NCBI GenBank assembly: GCA_030646715.1
Contig: JAUSLJ010000034.1
Location: 5,423-69,422, forward strand
Source of the DNA: Agitococcus sp.
GTDB lineage: Bacteria; Pseudomonadota; Gammaproteobacteria; Pseudomonadales; Moraxellaceae
DNA: 64,000 nucleotides
Direction: 5' to 3'
How positions within the stretch are numbered: position 1 is the stretch's first letter; every line of letters begins with the position of its first letter. The position numbers and the translations under genes were made by a program. The notes under the pieces are model-generated. The model was not told the origin of the DNA. It saw nothing but the letters and a program-made list of their open reading frames with translations, and did no database searches. Below are positions 62,600-64,000 of the stretch, piece by piece.

Positions 62600-64000
62600 T
62601 CAATCTGAATAGAATTACGGTCAAAAATTTTAAGATATTCGGTGAAGAGCCATACATTATCAGTTTTGAGGATCACAATCTTATTCTTTTGGACGGGCCA
62701 AATGGATATGGTAAGACTTCCGTTTTTGATGCCATTGAACTAGGTCTAACAGGAAATATTACACGTCTTATTTCACTCGAGAACCGCCAGAATCCCGCAG
62801 ACGTAGTCGTTGCACATCAAGGTGCTAGAGATGTTGAAATCATCCTAGAGTTTAAAGATAATGATTCTAAAGTAAAAGTGTTTCAACGAAAGCTAAAAGA
62901 TACAATTCCTAATGACGCAAGGAAAATATCTAAATTCACAGAGCTTTGGGAGCTCAATGAAATTGTAGATGGTGTGCCAGTATCTGCGCCTGAGAACGCA
63001 TTAGATGCATACTTTGACAGCAAAGATTTTTCTCGTGATTTCCTGCTATTCCATTATGTTCAGCAAGAAGAAACATCCCGATTCCTGAAAACAAATAATG
63101 AGGCGCAAAGAGCCGTCGAGCTTGCTCAACTATTCGGCAACACTCGAGAGGCAGATGAGAAATTTAATAAACTCTCAGACTTCTCCCGAAAGATCACCAT
63201 TTCCAAAAGAAATGTGACGTCCCAAATTGAAAACATAAAGCGTTTGTACAAAATTGATGACAACATGAGCATCGCAACAGGAGTCGTTGGGCTACACTTT
63301 CATGCGTTCCCATTGCTAGCCTCGCTCGGTAAAACAGTATCTTGGGATGCAGTTACAATTCCCGAATTAAATCAAGAAAAATTCAACAGCTATTTAGCGG
63401 AAATCAACAACGTTAAGAACCTCCTTAGGCATCAAAACTTTTTCTTGAGAAGTCGTCGTTTTGATAATGCTACTCTCCAACAAGAGATGCTTGGACTCTA
63501 TGTTGGCTATTTCCACTCCATCACGAATAACGAACGACTTGTCGCAAACAGCGATACATATCAACTTATCAGGCACGCTCATAGCATGCTTAGAAGTGGC
63601 GATCTCAAGCAAATACGTTCTATTAGTAAGTTTGATGTCATATTCCAAGCGGTAGGCCTGAGTAGCAGTGCTTCATTTGAAACCGCACTACAAACGCGTA
63701 TAGATGAGGAAAATAACGCCAATGGCCTGAGCTCTATATATTCAGAGCTCATCAAGCACCATGATGCTATGATTTCAGGGTTCAATAAGATACCTAATGA
63801 GTCTACTTGTTTGTTGTGCGGGCAGGACTATGAGAGCCACGATGCTCTATCACGCGCAATATCACAACATGGACACCTGCTCCGATCAGAACTCTCAGGA
63901 ACCGATAACCTTTTAGTTGCTGCTAGGGATACCTTCAACTCGAATCATCTTTCTCCTTTGATTCAAATGTGTACAACCTATCTGGAACAAACGCTTGCGC
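62596..64000 (+). CDS. lmuB: Lamassu SMC/Rad50-like ATPase LmuB (5' part; runs off the window)
   Basis: It is not in the ORF track because it has no stop in the window. I translated it by hand from ATG 62596: MINLNRITVKNFKIFGEEPYIISFEDHNLILLDGPNGYGKTSVFDAIELGLTG... (Walker A GPNGYGKTS). 'FLLFHYVQQEETSRFL' is Q-loop-like and 'CLLCGQDYESH' is a CxxC zinc-hook-like motif. The frame is open to position 64000. Confidence 0.75.
   Translation, partial: MINLNRITVKNFKIFGEEPYIISFEDHNLILLDGPNGYGKTSVFDAIELGLTGNITRLISLENRQNPADVVVAHQGARDVEIILEFKDNDSKVKVFQRKLKDTIPNDARKISKFTELWELNEIVDGVPVSAPENALDAYFDSKDFSRDFLLFHYVQQEETSRFLKTNNEAQRAVELAQLFGNTREADEKFNKLSDFSRKITISKRNVTSQIENIKRLYKIDDNMSIATGVVGLHFHAFPLLASLGKTVSWDAVTIPELNQEKFNSYLAEINNVKNLLRHQNFFLRSRRFDNATLQQEMLGLYVGYFHSITNNERLVANSDTYQLIRHAHSMLRSGDLKQIRSISKFDVIFQAVGLSSSASFETALQTRIDEENNANGLSSIYSELIKHHDAMISGFNKIPNESTCLLCGQDYESHDALSRAISQHGHLLRSELSGTDNLLVAARDTFNSNHLSPLIQMCTTYLEQTLA

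Noticed and set aside
1-64000. CRISPR arrays, tRNA/rRNA genes, integrase/att sites
   Set aside because: I saw no regularly spaced direct repeats, no tRNA-like cloverleaf sequences, no rRNA signatures and no tyrosine/serine integrase gene while reading the window. The only recombinase trace is the resolvase-tail fragment at 24321-24470. This was a visual scan, not an exhaustive search.

Overview
All calls come from reading the sequence and the ORF translations by eye. No searches were run. The window is a mosaic accessory region, probably gammaproteobacterial, with four parts.

(1) 1-17.6 kb: an HNH nuclease gene, then a complete type 1 BREX operon (brxR-brxA-brxB-brxC-pglX-pglZ-brxL). A translationally coupled ABC-type ATPase + Toprim-like gene pair (PARIS/split-OLD-like) sits between pglX and pglZ. 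pglX itself is compositionally mosaic.

(2) 17.6-24.5 kb: a junction/scar zone. It holds three same-orientation copies of a 38-bp Tn3-family (Tn21-like) terminal inverted repeat. The first copy abuts an N-terminally truncated P2-type gpD tail gene. An AT-rich islet follows (unknown genes, a YafO-like toxin, a KAP P-loop NTPase), then IS3, MFS and resolvase debris.

(3) 24.5-46.3 kb: a plasmid/ICE-like module on the minus strand. It encodes a TraD coupling protein, TraG, TraN, TrbC, TraU, TraW, DsbC, an IncFII-RepA-like protein, an SSB-like tandem OB-fold protein, and HNH and Sel1 proteins. It lacks the TraC ATPase, pilin, core channel genes and an obvious relaxase.

(4) 46.4-64 kb: a cargo/defence zone. 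It holds a stand-alone GHKL ATPase, an AlbA_2/Schlafen-type protein and a ~1 kb ORF-free, hairpin-dense segment with recurring GUGGCA loops (candidate large ncRNA). Next is a tightly coupled operon: ComEC-type MBL hydrolase, E2-E1-JAB triple fusion, patatin phospholipase. This operon has no CD-NTase and no Ubl gene, and it lies divergent from an XRE-HTH + ImmA/IrrE protease pair. ArdC follows, then a Cap4-nuclease-type Lamassu (lmuA-lmuC-lmuB, cut by the window end).

The cyclase-less MBL/E2-E1-JAB/patatin operon and the adjacent large structured RNA are the most interesting candidates. I saw no rRNA, tRNA or CRISPR array.
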